Below, one piece after another: positions 22,642 to 33,094 of a stretch of DNA of 64,000 nucleotides. A program made the position numbers and the translations under genes. This DNA comes from Corallochytrium limacisporum Hawaii (taxonomy: Eukaryota > Protista > Pluriformea), in the NCBI GenBank assembly GCA_002811645.1, contig PDIP01000033.1:124001-188000 (forward strand), read 5' to 3'. The notes below the pieces were generated by a model, which searched no databases, was not told where the DNA came from, and was given only the letters and a program-made list of their open reading frames with translations. How positions within the stretch are numbered: the stretch's first letter is position 1; each line of letters begins with the position of its first letter.

Positions 22642-23557
22642 AAACCCAGTGATCGCAAATAGACAGTAAAGAAAATAGTTCCAAGAGTGGTCTTAGTTGG
22701 GATACGCAAGCGAGTTTTCGATTTTATGTTATGTGAGTTGGTTTGATAATTGTGGAATGAGAGCACGAGAATGAGAATACGAGTACCACAGAGATATGTA
22801 CGAGGACTATACCCAGCTTGCATGAAAGAGAACCTTGATGCGCTGGACCTGATCAACCTCGCCGCAGGGGGATCTGGCACGCGAATACACAAACAACCAG
22901 ATATCCCCCTGCCTTACAGGCACGAACACTTTTAAGACAGAGTGTGCGGCAGTGTATTGTATACGTTAATCTCGCCACTCAAAGTACCTGAAGCGTCCAA
23001 GCTTTGACCCCTTGCCACAGAGACCGGCGGGTCTCTCGCGTTCTGGGGCCAGATCGGAAAGGCCCCGCCTCTTGGGTGTCACCTGCCTCCCGTCGTACTG
23101 CCTTAAGCACTATCCAGTCTTTCGCTCCCTCCACCGGTCTTTCCGCTGTTCGGGCTCGCGGGGCTTTTTCTTAGCTTGGAATTCCCGTGTCTCCCACCGA
23201 CATTGTTTTGGCTTTCGGGACAAAAACCTCGGGGAATTCGACTGCATGGAGAAAATAGGCCCCGTTCAAAACCTGTTTGCAAACACTTTCTTCCTCTGCG
23301 TGCGGTCCCCCAACCTCTGATTTATTTTTTCCCCTTTGTTTGCAAGCTGTCCGTGGCCTTTATATGGCATTTGTTTGGACGAACGTTATCGCGTAGGGTG
23401 CGATCGAGCACGATTGGGGGAGTCGAACACATGCCGTGCCGATGTTGTTGTGTTTACCGTGAACAGGTATTTGATCCTGGCCTTGAAATAAAAGGGAACC
23501 TTCTTAGCATTTGTGGCAGTTGATGTATCGATCTTGCGCAAACCTATTCCGGCAATC

Positions 23558-25048
23558 ATGCGCATCCAGGTGTATCAGTGGCTGCTTGCCCTGTTGTTGG
23601 CAGGGTCTGTGGCAGGTCACGTACAGGTCTCACCGACTCGGTATCTGTACAAGAACTCTTTCCGTACACCTCATATTGTGGACAAGGCTACGCAGAAGAA
23701 TCCTCATTGGAGCTTCCTAGGAGATGTTCGGGTTACGCCGTTCATTCTCTTCTTGGTGCAGTCCAAGCCAATGAGCTCGGGCCTGGCTCAGTCTATGAAT
23801 CCTTTCCGTTACGAATACTTTCAAATTGATGTGCAGTTCAGGGTGAGGGGTAAGTCTTCAGATGGTGCCGGTGGTATTGCAATCTGGCTCACTGACGAAC
23901 CGCAGGGTTTGGGAAATCTGTTTGGAGGACGGGAAGAGTACTCCGGCATGGGTGTCTTCATCGACACGTTTAACGATGAGGACCGCGCAGATACGCCTCG
24001 CATTGCTACGGTACTGAACGAGGAGTCCCGTGAGTTGGATCCTAATAGCGATCTGGCAGACGTGTGGAATGGGTTCTGCGGCAAAGTGCCCATTCGCAAC
24101 ACTCAGGAGAAAGCCACCGTTCGCATTTCTTACACACCCGACAAAGAATTTGTTGTGCAATACACGGACAGCGCCCGCAAAGACGACTTTCATTTGTGCC
24201 ACAAGCTCCGTGACGTTGACTTCAAGCCCGAAAATAAGTTCTTCGCCATCAGTGCGCAAAACAAGCAATATGTAGACAGCACGGAGGTCTTCAGCTTCAT
24301 GGTAACTGCGTTGAAGACGGAAGATGATATCGAGGCCGAGCAGATGAATCAGGACAGCGTTGTTCATGATCACGACGGCGGGGAGGCCGAGATTTTGAAT
24401 GAATACGAGGCCAGTTCGGAACAAATGAAGAAGGACTTTGGTGGCAAGAGCGCCACAGCAGCCTCCGGTGATGGCCAGAGCCTGGAGATGCGCGAGGTAG
24501 AAGCGAAATTACAGGTCGTGGAGGACTTCGTCAGTGAAGAACTAGACGACCATGAAGTCCGTCTGAAGGCTATAGAGGGACTTATGGACACCATTGTTAT
24601 GCACGGCAAAGGAGGTGGCGGTCACGATGATGATAACGGCGGATCAGGGACTCGCAGCGTGGACACTGCTAACTTGGTCAAGCATGACAGCTTTAGAGAG
24701 TTGCAGAAGCAAGTGAACCGAATGGAAACGAAGATTCAAAACCAGGGCACGCGTGCCGGTGGAAGCGCCCCTCCAGATGACAGCGAGCTGAAAGAATTGC
24801 GTGATGAAATAGCGTCGCTGAACAAAGAGGTTACCTCTTTGAAGCGCTCAGTGAATGATCAGAAGAAGCAGCTAAGTGGTGTACAGATGGCCAACGACCG
24901 CTTGCATAACAGATTGGCTGGAAATGCCTCAACTGAATCTGATTCTTCACTTCTGTACCTTGTCCTTTTCGGCCTTCTGATCCTGGCCGTCGGCTTTGCC
25001 ATCTATGTGATCCGCGAACGCCAGCGTCGCAAGGAGCACTTGTTGTAA
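23558..25048 (+). CDS. L-type lectin cargo receptor (ERGIC-53/LMAN1/Emp47-like)
   Basis: Signal peptide, legume-lectin fold motifs (GGIAIWLT, GMGVFIDTF), coiled-coil stalk, C-terminal TM and short basic tail ending KEHLL. ATG 23558. Confidence 0.88.
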   Translation: MRIQVYQWLLALLLAGSVAGHVQVSPTRYLYKNSFRTPHIVDKATQKNPHWSFLGDVRVTPFILFLVQSKPMSSGLAQSMNPFRYEYFQIDVQFRVRGKSSDGAGGIAIWLTDEPQGLGNLFGGREEYSGMGVFIDTFNDEDRADTPRIATVLNEESRELDPNSDLADVWNGFCGKVPIRNTQEKATVRISYTPDKEFVVQYTDSARKDDFHLCHKLRDVDFKPENKFFAISAQNKQYVDSTEVFSFMVTALKTEDDIEAEQMNQDSVVHDHDGGEAEILNEYEASSEQMKKDFGGKSATAASGDGQSLEMREVEAKLQVVEDFVSEELDDHEVRLKAIEGLMDTIVMHGKGGGGHDDDNGGSGTRSVDTANLVKHDSFRELQKQVNRMETKIQNQGTRAGGSAPPDDSELKELRDEIASLNKEVTSLKRSVNDQKKQLSGVQMANDRLHNRLAGNASTESDSSLLYLVLFGLLILAVGFAIYVIRERQRRKEHLL

Positions 25049-25600
25049 CTAGTCTGCAAAGAGAATGAAAACAGAATTAGCTTCATTAAAGGACAACTTG
25101 ACAATGATGAATAGCCCAAGTACCGCAACGCGTTGATGTCGGCTGGCCCACATCGGAGGGACCTCATTTCCACTACTGTACGTCTCCGTACCGTGCCCAC
25201 CCGCCCCCTCCCGCACTATTTTCTCCAGGGTTCTCCGGCAACAATGGCCAGGCCCCAGTTGGTCCGCAGTAATCCGCGTCGTCGTTAGTGTGATAGGCTG
25301 CACACAGTGAAGTTTACCGCCGCATTGCAAATTTCAGGAACAAGTTATGAATATACACATTATCGCTAGATCGTATACTGGTATTTGTTTTTTGCTTCAA
25401 AGGTTATTCGCAATCGTTGTCTGGTAGCACAAGTTTAACTTCCGCGGGTTCGTCGACAAGAAACCGACGAAAACAGTGGAATTGTCACATTTCTCAGGAT
25501 TTTGTGGGAATTATGAGCGCATTAAGGGTTATGCAAGCAAACTCATTAATGGTACTATGGTTAACATGAAACGGTGGAACACGCATAGAAAATAATAACA

Positions 25601-27025
25601 ATGACAGAACGATTGCTGAGTCTCCAAACAGTACTGGAGACCTCAGCGCGCGATCGTGACGCCATCGCATTTCGGCGAGCCCTAAAAGAACTGGATCTGA
25701 TGGCTATCGATTTCTCAGAGCTGATAGATACGGGCATAGGAATAACACTGCGCAGGACAAGGAAGATATGCTCTGATCCTGAGAAGCCCATGGCCAACTT
25801 GCTCTATAGTAAGTGGAGGGCGATAGTGGTTGGGGAACGTAGAGCTCTTGCCAATGACCCTGTTCTGAAGCATGAGGAGAAAGGAAAACAGCCCATCAGA
25901 CAGACGTCTCCAGAGTCGATGTCGGCGGCGAGTCCACAAAGCATTATGTCACTGCCGGCTATGTCACCAGTTAATGAGCCCATAGTTCTTGATGATGATT
26001 CTTATGTCAATGAAAGACAGGTTGCTGACAATGATGTAATTATCCTCGAAAATGATAGTCAGGGTGTGCAGACAGGGTCACAACAGCAGGTAACAAAGTC
26101 AAGAGCATCTAATGGAAGCATAACAATTGTGCTGGATGAAGGAATTGAGGACCACGACATTTTCGTCGAAGATGCCGGACTAGGACGCAGTGAACTGTTG
26201 CAACAGTCGCAAAACAAAACAGAACGGCCAGCAGAGGCCGCAGAGGTCCCGTCAACGAGTGCAACTGATGATACTGCGAAGGCAGGACCCTCTATGAACC
26301 CTGGACGTAGCAGACCGCTTCACAATACTGCGGCAGGACGAGCCACCACCGCATCTTCCTCAAGACCAGGTCGGCTTGCTGCTGGAGATGCTTCAGCCGG
26401 TTCCATTTCTAATGCCACTGTCGCCTCTCATCCAGTGGAGGAAAAGAAAGACCACATGCGGCGTAAGAACACCATTATGCCCACGGGTATGGGCAAGGTG
26501 CATTGGCAGAAGGTACCCACCCTTCGTGAAGTGTGCCTGGATTGTATCGGACGCAATCTCACACGCATGACAGAATTGGAAGCTCTTCCAACGGATTGGC
26601 TGCTTGACCTTCTGCGGCCCCTGGATAGTGACAAGCTTGCAAAAGTTGAAGCTAGAAATCCAGAGATTATCCCAAGCATTGATCCGCTGTGGCAGAAACA
26701 CGTACGAGCCCGGTACGGCACACTATACGTCCGAAAAATGGACGAGACATGGCGAGACGTGTGGTTGCGAGTTCGGGCCATGCGCGAGCGCGGTCGCCAA
26801 CGGACGGTGGAGAAGCTACAACGTGCACAGCGAGAGAGTGGCAAAGACAAGGTCCAAGTTAGCACGCAGCCGTTGTACTTTAAGCGGTCGTCGACCTCAG
26901 GTCCCAGCCCAAGTTCGAACTACTATCCGGACCCGAAGAGGAGGCGCAGCACGACGCAGCCATTGCTCGGACACCGTCGCATAGACAAAGCACTGCAGAG
27001 CCTGACGCGGAAGGGTAAACGATGA
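25601..27025 (+). CDS. ELOA: Elongin A
   Basis: N-terminal TFIIS-N-like domain (LIDTGIGITLRR...LYSKWR), BC-box VPTLREVCLDCI, then Elongin-A domain (LAKVEARNP...LWQKH...ETWRD). Confidence 0.85.
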   Translation: MTERLLSLQTVLETSARDRDAIAFRRALKELDLMAIDFSELIDTGIGITLRRTRKICSDPEKPMANLLYSKWRAIVVGERRALANDPVLKHEEKGKQPIRQTSPESMSAASPQSIMSLPAMSPVNEPIVLDDDSYVNERQVADNDVIILENDSQGVQTGSQQQVTKSRASNGSITIVLDEGIEDHDIFVEDAGLGRSELLQQSQNKTERPAEAAEVPSTSATDDTAKAGPSMNPGRSRPLHNTAAGRATTASSSRPGRLAAGDASAGSISNATVASHPVEEKKDHMRRKNTIMPTGMGKVHWQKVPTLREVCLDCIGRNLTRMTELEALPTDWLLDLLRPLDSDKLAKVEARNPEIIPSIDPLWQKHVRARYGTLYVRKMDETWRDVWLRVRAMRERGRQRTVEKLQRAQRESGKDKVQVSTQPLYFKRSSTSGPSPSSNYYPDPKRRRSTTQPLLGHRRIDKALQSLTRKGKR

Positions 27026-27113
27026 AGGCTCGGCAGTTCTTGGAAACATGTATATAAAGGAATTTATTTGCGTACAGTATTTGTGCTTCAACTGATTTGA
27101 TGTTAGGCTTAAG

Positions 27114-27857
27114 TCACTGCGACGTCCGGTACTGCGACAGCATGTCGACAACAACGGACACATCCTCTGCCTTGACTTTGTCGTCATGGTCGCCCCACCA
27201 CATCTCAGAGCCCATTACTTGTGCCGGTGGCTTGTCAAGGACTGTCTGCATAGCCAGCTGCAAACATCCGATGGCAATGGTCATAGGCGTGAAGCGCAGG
27301 CACATGGGCTGATAAATACTATCGTTCACGAGCTCCCATGCTTTCTGCGCAACCTTCTGTCGATTCTCTTTGCTCACACCGTCATCTGTCGGTAATGTCT
27401 TTGCCAGAGAAAGAACCATCGAATATGGCTGTTCGACGTGGAGGTCAAAATTTATTGCTTTCAGCAGGACCCTTTCGTAGCGCAGGAGGTCATCCTTCAT
27501 TTGCTTTGCCTCAAAACTCTGGAGTACAATCTGTCTCCCTTCGAGCTTGGACCGCAGCTCAGACACGACGGTCACAATCCGATCTGACTTACGCTGAAAT
27601 TCCTCAATTTTTCCTGCCAAAAGCACACATGCTCCTGCCACCATCAAATGGTCCACGTCCCGTACACTGATGTAAGTGTACAGTCTGTGCATCAGATACA
27701 CCGCTGTGTAAATCACTGGGACAGGGATTTGCAGAGCTCGCCCGACAGTAGCAATATGCCTCGCATCTTCCTGTCGCACTGCTAATTCTTTGGCACTATT
27801 GACTCCAACTTTCCGTGACGGAGTTTGCGCTACTTGTTCTTCAGAAAGATATATCAT
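27114..27857 (-). CDS. Transcriptional cyclin (cyclin K/T/Q family)
   Basis: TAVYLMHRLY, ACVLLAGKIEE, YERVLLKAINFDLHVEQPY, AWELVNDS: two cyclin boxes with no long C-terminal tail. Confidence 0.85.
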   Translation of the reverse strand: MIYLSEEQVAQTPSRKVGVNSAKELAVRQEDARHIATVGRALQIPVPVIYTAVYLMHRLYTYISVRDVDHLMVAGACVLLAGKIEEFQRKSDRIVTVVSELRSKLEGRQIVLQSFEAKQMKDDLLRYERVLLKAINFDLHVEQPYSMVLSLAKTLPTDDGVSKENRQKVAQKAWELVNDSIYQPMCLRFTPMTIAIGCLQLAMQTVLDKPPAQVMGSEMWWGDHDDKVKAEDVSVVVDMLSQYRTSQ

Positions 27858-28369
27858 TATTGAAAGAGACTACTATCAGTCTGTAGTCAATACGACATTC
27901 TCACATCCTCTAAACCCGCTTAAAATTCGCTTTGGATCACTCGTCGCCAAATACGTCTCTACAGAATTATAGAACCTTTATACAATAGAATCTCTGTACT
28001 GCCAGCGAGACAGGAATGCCGCTCTCTGAAGTAGCCATTCTCGTTGCTAGTCCGCCACACTGCGAGATGCCACCGCTTTTTACCGCGCGGGGTGGGAGGG
28101 GGCGGGAGGGACCGAAGGTGGGTGCTGGGCGAACACTTATGCGATGGCTGCGGCGGACACATACCAAACCACGGTTCTGTACACCATCGGCAGATGTTAG
28201 CGCTCTGCTAGAAGCATCATGGACCAAGCCAACGTAATGAAAGCTAGATTCCACACTGAAAGCTAGTACATGTATTATTATGATGAACACTATGGGAGTT
28301 TGGGATCGACATTCTCGTCTACGGTACAACGTCTGAAGGCTCAACTACTAAAAACACAACAGACTGGTC

Positions 28370-29065
28370 TTACTTTTTATCACTTGACCCTGCCATCAAG
28401 CCGGACAGATCCGGTAATGGAGGTGCCTTAATGCCATCCATGCCGGTACCGCCCTCCCGGTCAATGATGGTCTCGCAGGTTGTGTATACGAGGTTGTTCC
28501 ACTTGTGCTTCAGGAACGAATACTTACTCGACAAGTGGTCCACCAGATTCACTGTCTTCATTTGTGGCAAAGGTACTGCATGCTTGTTTCTTGTGTCCTT
28601 TGCACCAACTTGTCCCAAGTTCTGTTCTGTGTAGACATAGTACCCTAGGGCACACACGACGCCCAACCTAAGCGGCAACGAGAAGAATGGCCGGCGTGCT
28701 GCCTTGGTGGCTGTGGTGGCCTTGGCCACTGTCGTACCCGTCTTTGCCCGAATCCGCTCACGGGACATTTCCTGTTGCTTCTTAACGTCCGCAGCTTTGG
28801 CTGCCGCGCTATCAATAGCTGCTTGTTCCGCAGCCATCTGTGCATGTGTCTCGTTGGCAACGCTCCAGGCCTGTGCCTCCTTAGTTCCTGCCTTCAGCAT
28901 TTCAAGGGGTGCCCGGAAGGTAGGTCCCGGGTTTGCACGCAATACCGCTCCCGAGGGAGATGTGTAGACGCGAAGCGTCGGCATGATCAATGGCTGATTA
29001 GACGACATCTTTATTCCCACTCCTATTCGATCAATGGCTCCATCGAAGGTTACTGCCTCCTGCAT
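28370..29065 (-). CDS. Membrane protein, possible MICOS subunit MIC13/QIL1 (Mic12) homolog
   Basis: TM segment LRLGVVCALGYYVYTEQNLG and a downstream KHKWNNLV (WN motif) resemble QIL1/Mic12. Start ATG 29065 or 29008. Confidence 0.55.
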   Translation of the reverse strand: MQEAVTFDGAIDRIGVGIKMSSNQPLIMPTLRVYTSPSGAVLRANPGPTFRAPLEMLKAGTKEAQAWSVANETHAQMAAEQAAIDSAAAKAADVKKQQEMSRERIRAKTGTTVAKATTATKAARRPFFSLPLRLGVVCALGYYVYTEQNLGQVGAKDTRNKHAVPLPQMKTVNLVDHLSSKYSFLKHKWNNLVYTTCETIIDREGGTGMDGIKAPPLPDLSGLMAGSSDKK

Positions 29066-29313
29066 ATGCCTTTTGCACACGTCCAACCCATTGACATGTC
29101 CTAATAGACCTAAAGTCTTCTTATAGGCACCACACGACTCATCTGGTCTCTTGTGCCAAGGTCCTTGCTAACTGAAAGGAATCATCTGTGGGCCTGAAGC
29201 AACGTCCGCAGATGCCCAGCACTCGGCTGAAAAAGCCACTGATCCACCGGCTATAACTGTTTATTGTTTGCCTCAGTACATTCACTACAGTGCAGTTCCC
29301 TTCAATTGCCCCC

Positions 29314-29536
29314 NNNNNNNNNNNNNNNNNNNNNNNNNNNNNNNNNNNNNNNNNNNNNNNNNNNNNNNNNNNNNNNNNNNNNNNNNNNNNNNNNNNNNNN
29401 NNNNNNNNNNNNNNNNNNNNNNNNNNNNNNNNNNNNNNNNNNNNNNNNNNNNNNNNNNNNNNNNNNNNNNNNNNNNNNNNNNNNNNNNNNNNNNNNNNNN
29501 NNNNNNNNNNNNNNNNNNNNNNNNNNNNNNNNNNNN
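29314..29536. other. Assembly gap (N run)
   Basis: Ns flanked by C runs. Confidence 0.99.
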
Positions 29537-29949
29537 CCCCTGTGAGTACACACCGTGTTTGGTGATGGGGGGGGCCCCAGTTTTCGTGAAGGGCCAAGGG
29601 TCCCGGTAAATTTACACTAAATATTATTTAGGTCTTTCAGTTTATGTGGCCCAATTTTCTGACCAATCAGTGGTCGGAATTCCTAGACAACGGCCAGAGG
29701 GGGGCACGGAGACGGGGGAAGGGGGGAGTAGGGAGCAAACGGGTCACTACAGCGAAATCGGCAAACCGAAGCGCTTTCTGTCAGTTTGTCAGGTACGTCA
29801 GAAATGAAGGTGTTCGAAGATCCAGATAGTATGTATCATAATTAAAACACGTGTATAATAACTTGGCAGGACCGAGTCACTGAAATGTGAACAGGGTACA
29901 GAGGATTACGAAATTTGCATACTTGAGTGAATAGAACAGAGCAGCAATC

Positions 29950-30774
29950 ATGGGTTCGGGTGCAAGTAAGATAGTCGAAACATGTGCAAACAAGCGTCAA
30001 GCTCAGCTGGATTTGAGCCGGCGGGATATGAAGACCAAGGTCATGCTAAAGATTCCGGTGCCGATAATGTCATTGAATCACGTTGTGGTCTTGAATCTCT
30101 CACACAATGACTTGAAGGAACTGCCTCCTTCAATCGCTGATCTATCCTCATTAGTGCAGCTTAATGTCGCTTTCAACCGTCTCACTTCCCTTCCTAAAGA
30201 ACTGCAGGAACTCAAAAAGTTGACTGTCATCATGGCTAGCAACAATCAAATTACAGACCTGCCAAAGGGTATCGGCTCCATTCCCAAACTGGAGATCCTG
30301 GACCTAGGTGTGAACAAGATCTCCGTTGTTCAGCCTAACATTGGGTATTTGAACACATTGAGGGCTCTTTATTTGTCGGATAATCAAATTGTCAAAATCC
30401 CTGACGAACTCGGGAACTTGTCAAAGCTGGAGACCCTGTCGCTGAGAGATAATCGTGTAGACGGTCTGCCGGCAACCATCGGCAAACTGAAGCATCTCAA
30501 GGAGATCATCTTGCAGGGCAACATGATCCGCATGCTTCCTCCTGAGCTCGGCCAAATCAACTGCAAGAAGGACGACTTCTATTTTCGGATTGCTCACAAT
30601 CCTCTGGAGGACATTATCTCCGAGAAGCTGCGCATCACCATCCTTACGCTCTTTGAGTTTCTAAGCTCCGAGGAATATCGTGAGTACTACGACCAGTGGA
30701 TGGAGAATCCTCCTCCATTGAGCGAAAAGCAAAAACGTGCCATCAAGGCTGTCGAAGACGACAGCAGTGATTAA
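29950..30774 (+). CDS. RSU1: Ras suppressor protein 1 (LRR protein)
   Basis: ~7 LRRs including YLNTLRALYLSDN, KLETLSLRDN, LQGNMIRMLPPELG, NP, then LFEFLSSEEYREYY. Colinear with RSU1 and about the same length. Confidence 0.88.
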   Translation: MGSGASKIVETCANKRQAQLDLSRRDMKTKVMLKIPVPIMSLNHVVVLNLSHNDLKELPPSIADLSSLVQLNVAFNRLTSLPKELQELKKLTVIMASNNQITDLPKGIGSIPKLEILDLGVNKISVVQPNIGYLNTLRALYLSDNQIVKIPDELGNLSKLETLSLRDNRVDGLPATIGKLKHLKEIILQGNMIRMLPPELGQINCKKDDFYFRIAHNPLEDIISEKLRITILTLFEFLSSEEYREYYDQWMENPPPLSEKQKRAIKAVEDDSSD

Positions 30775-31457
30775 CGGCAACGATCATGCACCCGAATAAA
30801 AATACAAACTTCCCCATGGATGGGTCCTCATTCGTTCTAGGTAGACGTACGACATAAGGTGGTTTCCTTTCATATAAACTGTGCCCACCCAAACTGGGAG
30901 TCTATTTTCCTCTCACCTCTCTTCCGACAATTAGGAACTTACCGTCCCAGTGGTAGCGTTCACCAAGGGCGGGGGGGGCCCGATGGCCGGTGTCAAATGC
31001 CAGTATTCGACACATCTGCTGTGCCACCAGCCACTGCGGACGGGCCGAAGGGAACGAAAGCGCCCCGCCAAAGAGGGAGGGGAGGGGGGGGGGTGTGCGC
31101 TGTCGCTGATCAAATGCGGTGGGGCCTCAGTCTGCAGCACCGGCAGGGGTCCTCGTCGTGGAGCGGGGAGTCAGTGCGACCAGATTGTTCTTTTAGCTTG
31201 GGTGATTGCATGACCCCTTAATCAATCATACAAGCCAAGTTGTCTTGACTGAGACAAAGGTAGATCAAATTGGAATCCAGGTTAGTGAGAGCTTTGTCCA
31301 CAGGATACAAGCAAATGTGAAAAATAGTGATCTTGCGACCTTCGCGATTGTCTCGCCTGTGCAAGTGCAGAAGACGTACACAAATCGAACAGGGCAACCA
31401 TGTAAAAATTTGTATTGTTGCTGTCGGTTATGCCATACTTTTAAATTGTAGTAAAGA

Positions 31458-33014
31458 ATGCCGCCACCATCATCAGTGGCGAATCAGAACCCTGGGAGAG
31501 GACCCAGGTCTAGAACACGGTCTCCGGTAACGAAAGCAGGGACCGTGAATGCAACACAGCAAATGCTGAAGGATTGGGAAAGAAGGGCGAAGCGAAGAGA
31601 TCCCTTGTGGCAGACTCTACCTTTTGATCATGCCAAAGACGCCGCTTCCCTTCGTTATGGTAGTGTGGCACTGTGCTCTGCAGGCATCACTGTCAGTGAG
31701 GTACTACGGCGACAGGGATTTACCGGAGCGAACCGGAGCGTTCTCAAGGCATTTACTGAGGTAGCCCTGCATCACCTGGAAATTATTTGCCAGGATTCAG
31801 CTGGATATGCGAATTTGGCTGGAAGAACAGAAGTGAATGTCACTGATCTGTTTGAGGGACTAAGGTCGAATGGCGTGACGGTAAATGGTATGTACAACTT
31901 TCTGATGAAGAACGAGGAATTCTATCATCCAGTTCCTCCACCCTTGGCCCCACTGCCCGCATCCAATCGCCGACTACGATGGAAACAAGGAGATACCAGT
32001 CGACCCGAACACATTCCAGAATATCTGCCTCCGTTCCCTGGAAATCCAGCCAAGTACGCCTACGATGAAGAGTATCAGCAGGAGATGCTCGAAGCAGAGC
32101 GCGACCGAAAGCAGCGGGAAGAACGCGAACAGTTGGAATTAGAGGCACTAATGGGAGACCAGGTCGAAGAAGAAGTGAAAGAGGAGCTTGTGGTGGCTGG
32201 AGAAGGGCCCGAAGACGACGGCGTGCCATTAGTTAGCAAGAGCATAGGCGGCGGACCAAAGTTGCGCATCTTTGATTTGCATACGAAGTTCCGTGAGGGT
32301 CGTACGGATGAGTACCGCAAGACCTTCCAAGAGTTCGTGGCCAGTCCCGAACATGTTGCACTGGAGGCAGACACTGGCGACGGTGGCAAGGACGGTGAGG
32401 ATGGCGCAGAAGGTGAGGGTGATGAGGAGGAGGACAGCCACGCCAGCGATGACAGTAGCGGTATGGAGGAAGTGGGTAAGAAGAGAAAGCGAAAGCGTAA
32501 GAAGAAAGCTCACGATGACGACACGCTGAAGAAGGCAAAGGCCAAGGCCAAAGGTAGAGGGCGTGGACGGAAGAAGAAGGACGAAGAGAACATGAACGAC
32601 GCAGACATATTTGAGGATGGCGAAGACGGCGATTTTCGAGCCCCGAAGAAGGCTGGCCGAGGTCGCGGCCGGGGCGGCCGCGGTGGCAGGGGCGGTGGCA
32701 GGGGCGGTGGCAGGGGTGGTGCTAAAGCAGGTGCCAAGGCTGCTAAGGCAAAACCAAAGAAAGAAAAGAAGCTTCCCGAGCCCAAGATGCCATTATACGT
32801 ACCAGTCGCCCAACCTCCGCCACCGCCGGATGAGTTTAGCTGTGCTTCAAAGTGTGGTCTGCCAGACAGCGCTGATCGTATGATTGCATGCGACAATTGC
32901 GACGACTGGTACCATGTGCGCTGTGAGGCGGAGCCCCTGCGTGGCCGAATTGATGACATCAAGCAATGGTTCTGTTCCAAATGCCGAAAGAAAGTTGCGG
33001 AAAATATGGAATAG
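31458..33014 (+). CDS. TAF3: TFIID subunit 3-like (histone-fold/BTP domain + C-terminal PHD finger)
   Basis: QGF...SVLKAFTEV...YANLAGRTEVNVTDL histone fold, HIPEYLPP motif, K-rich/GRG linker, PHD MIACDNCDDWYHVRC...QWFCSKC. Confidence 0.8.
   Translation: MPPPSSVANQNPGRGPRSRTRSPVTKAGTVNATQQMLKDWERRAKRRDPLWQTLPFDHAKDAASLRYGSVALCSAGITVSEVLRRQGFTGANRSVLKAFTEVALHHLEIICQDSAGYANLAGRTEVNVTDLFEGLRSNGVTVNGMYNFLMKNEEFYHPVPPPLAPLPASNRRLRWKQGDTSRPEHIPEYLPPFPGNPAKYAYDEEYQQEMLEAERDRKQREEREQLELEALMGDQVEEEVKEELVVAGEGPEDDGVPLVSKSIGGGPKLRIFDLHTKFREGRTDEYRKTFQEFVASPEHVALEADTGDGGKDGEDGAEGEGDEEEDSHASDDSSGMEEVGKKRKRKRKKKAHDDDTLKKAKAKAKGRGRGRKKKDEENMNDADIFEDGEDGDFRAPKKAGRGRGRGGRGGRGGGRGGGRGGAKAGAKAAKAKPKKEKKLPEPKMPLYVPVAQPPPPPDEFSCASKCGLPDSADRMIACDNCDDWYHVRCEAEPLRGRIDDIKQWFCSKCRKKVAENME
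32681..32716 (+). repeat. 3 x 12-bp tandem repeat (CGGTGGCAGGGG) encoding GGRG in TAF3
   Basis: Direct read. Confidence 0.9.
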
Positions 33015-33094
33015 ACCACTTACCTCACCATCAAAACGTTTGACATTTTACAGCATTAGTTCGTTGTATTCATTACATCACTAGTTCACAGGCT

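Noticed and set aside
22826-22880. ACCTGATC...GCAGGGG loosely like a TPP riboswitch 3' half
   Set aside because: Lacks the CTGAGA element and the P5 pairing.
29139-29609. ORFs spanning N-runs (also at 54.1, 55.6-56.5 and 61.6-62.3 kb)
   Set aside because: Artefacts of translating Ns without stops.
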